In this document: positions 27,126-27,543 of the stretch, one piece after another
How the letters are laid out: the number at the start of each line of letters is the position of its first letter
Position numbering within the stretch: position 1 is the first letter of the stretch
Source: Bdellovibrionota bacterium
GTDB taxonomy: Bacteria > Bdellovibrionota_C > UBA2361 > JBGSMV01
Assembly (NCBI GenBank): GCA_044356455.1
Contig: JBIKWF010000056.1
Span: forward strand, 1 to 27,543
Direction: 5' to 3'
Length of the DNA stretch: 27,543 nucleotides
Made by a program: the position numbers and the translations under genes
Notes under the pieces: generated by a model
The model's input: the letters and a program-made list of their open reading frames with translations, nothing else
Databases searched by the model: none
Told to the model about the DNA's origin: nothing

Positions 27126-27543
27126 TTAAGACAAGGGAGACTTCTCTTTAAGCGCCTGTAGATATTTTTGGGCGATGATATCTTGATCAAGGTTTAACTC
27201 TGCAAACTTTCTTGAAATCTTGCCGATTTCTCCACGTAGAGCTTTTGACTCAATTAGGCGAGCAAATTTCTGGAGATCCTCTTGCTCGTCATCATTTACC
27301 AGGGCATTTCCTATTTGAGGAAACTGGCTATGTAGGTCGGCAGCTAATCCTGTTTCTGTTGAAAGAAATGCGCTGCCACACGCCATGGCTTCTGCCAGAG
27401 ATAATCCAAAACTTTCAGAAAATGAAAAGGATACGAAAAGATCGCAAGCTTGAAGATAGTCAAGAACCGTCTTCTCTGTTTGGAAGCTCAGCACTTTGCA
27501 GTTGTTAGGTAGTGCCTTGAAGTTGAAAGTGGATGGTCCTAGG
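27126..27543 (-). CDS. Glycosyltransferase family 4, C-terminal part; truncated by the right edge
   Basis: The frame stays open to the window end (LGPSTFNFKALPNNCKVLSF...); DLFVSFSFSESFGLSLAEAMACG carries the E-x7-E motif. Confidence 0.88.
   Translation of the reverse strand, partial: LGPSTFNFKALPNNCKVLSFQTEKTVLDYLQACDLFVSFSFSESFGLSLAEAMACGSAFLSTETGLAADLHSQFPQIGNALVNDDEQEDLQKFARLIESKALRGEIGKISRKFAELNLDQDIIAQKYLQALKEKSPLS

Overview
Bacterial chromosomal window in two parts. Left (1-6302) is housekeeping: a partial RlmI/RlmK-like SAM methyltransferase, yraN, rnhB, small hypotheticals, a LOG-family phosphoribohydrolase, a membrane-anchored protein with a catalytically dead ABC-ATPase-like domain, and galU. 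A boundary zone (6421-8120) holds an AAA_14/DUF4143 ATPase-nuclease gene with a perfect 14-bp palindrome over a putative leaderless promoter, followed by a ~265-bp MITE-like element. Right (8281 to the window end) is a mosaic surface-glycan locus: four polytopic GT-C-type glycosyltransferases, a membrane/wHTH-like protein, a frameshifted GT2, a PglK/MsbA-like ABC exporter, a nonulosonic-acid cassette (DUF115/Maf-like transferase, NeuB-SAF-TIM-barrel fusion, NeuA), three methyltransferases including a TylF-type, a polysaccharide deacetylase and two GT4s. All family calls come from motif recognition by eye; no database searches were run. No RNA genes or CRISPR arrays were recognised.
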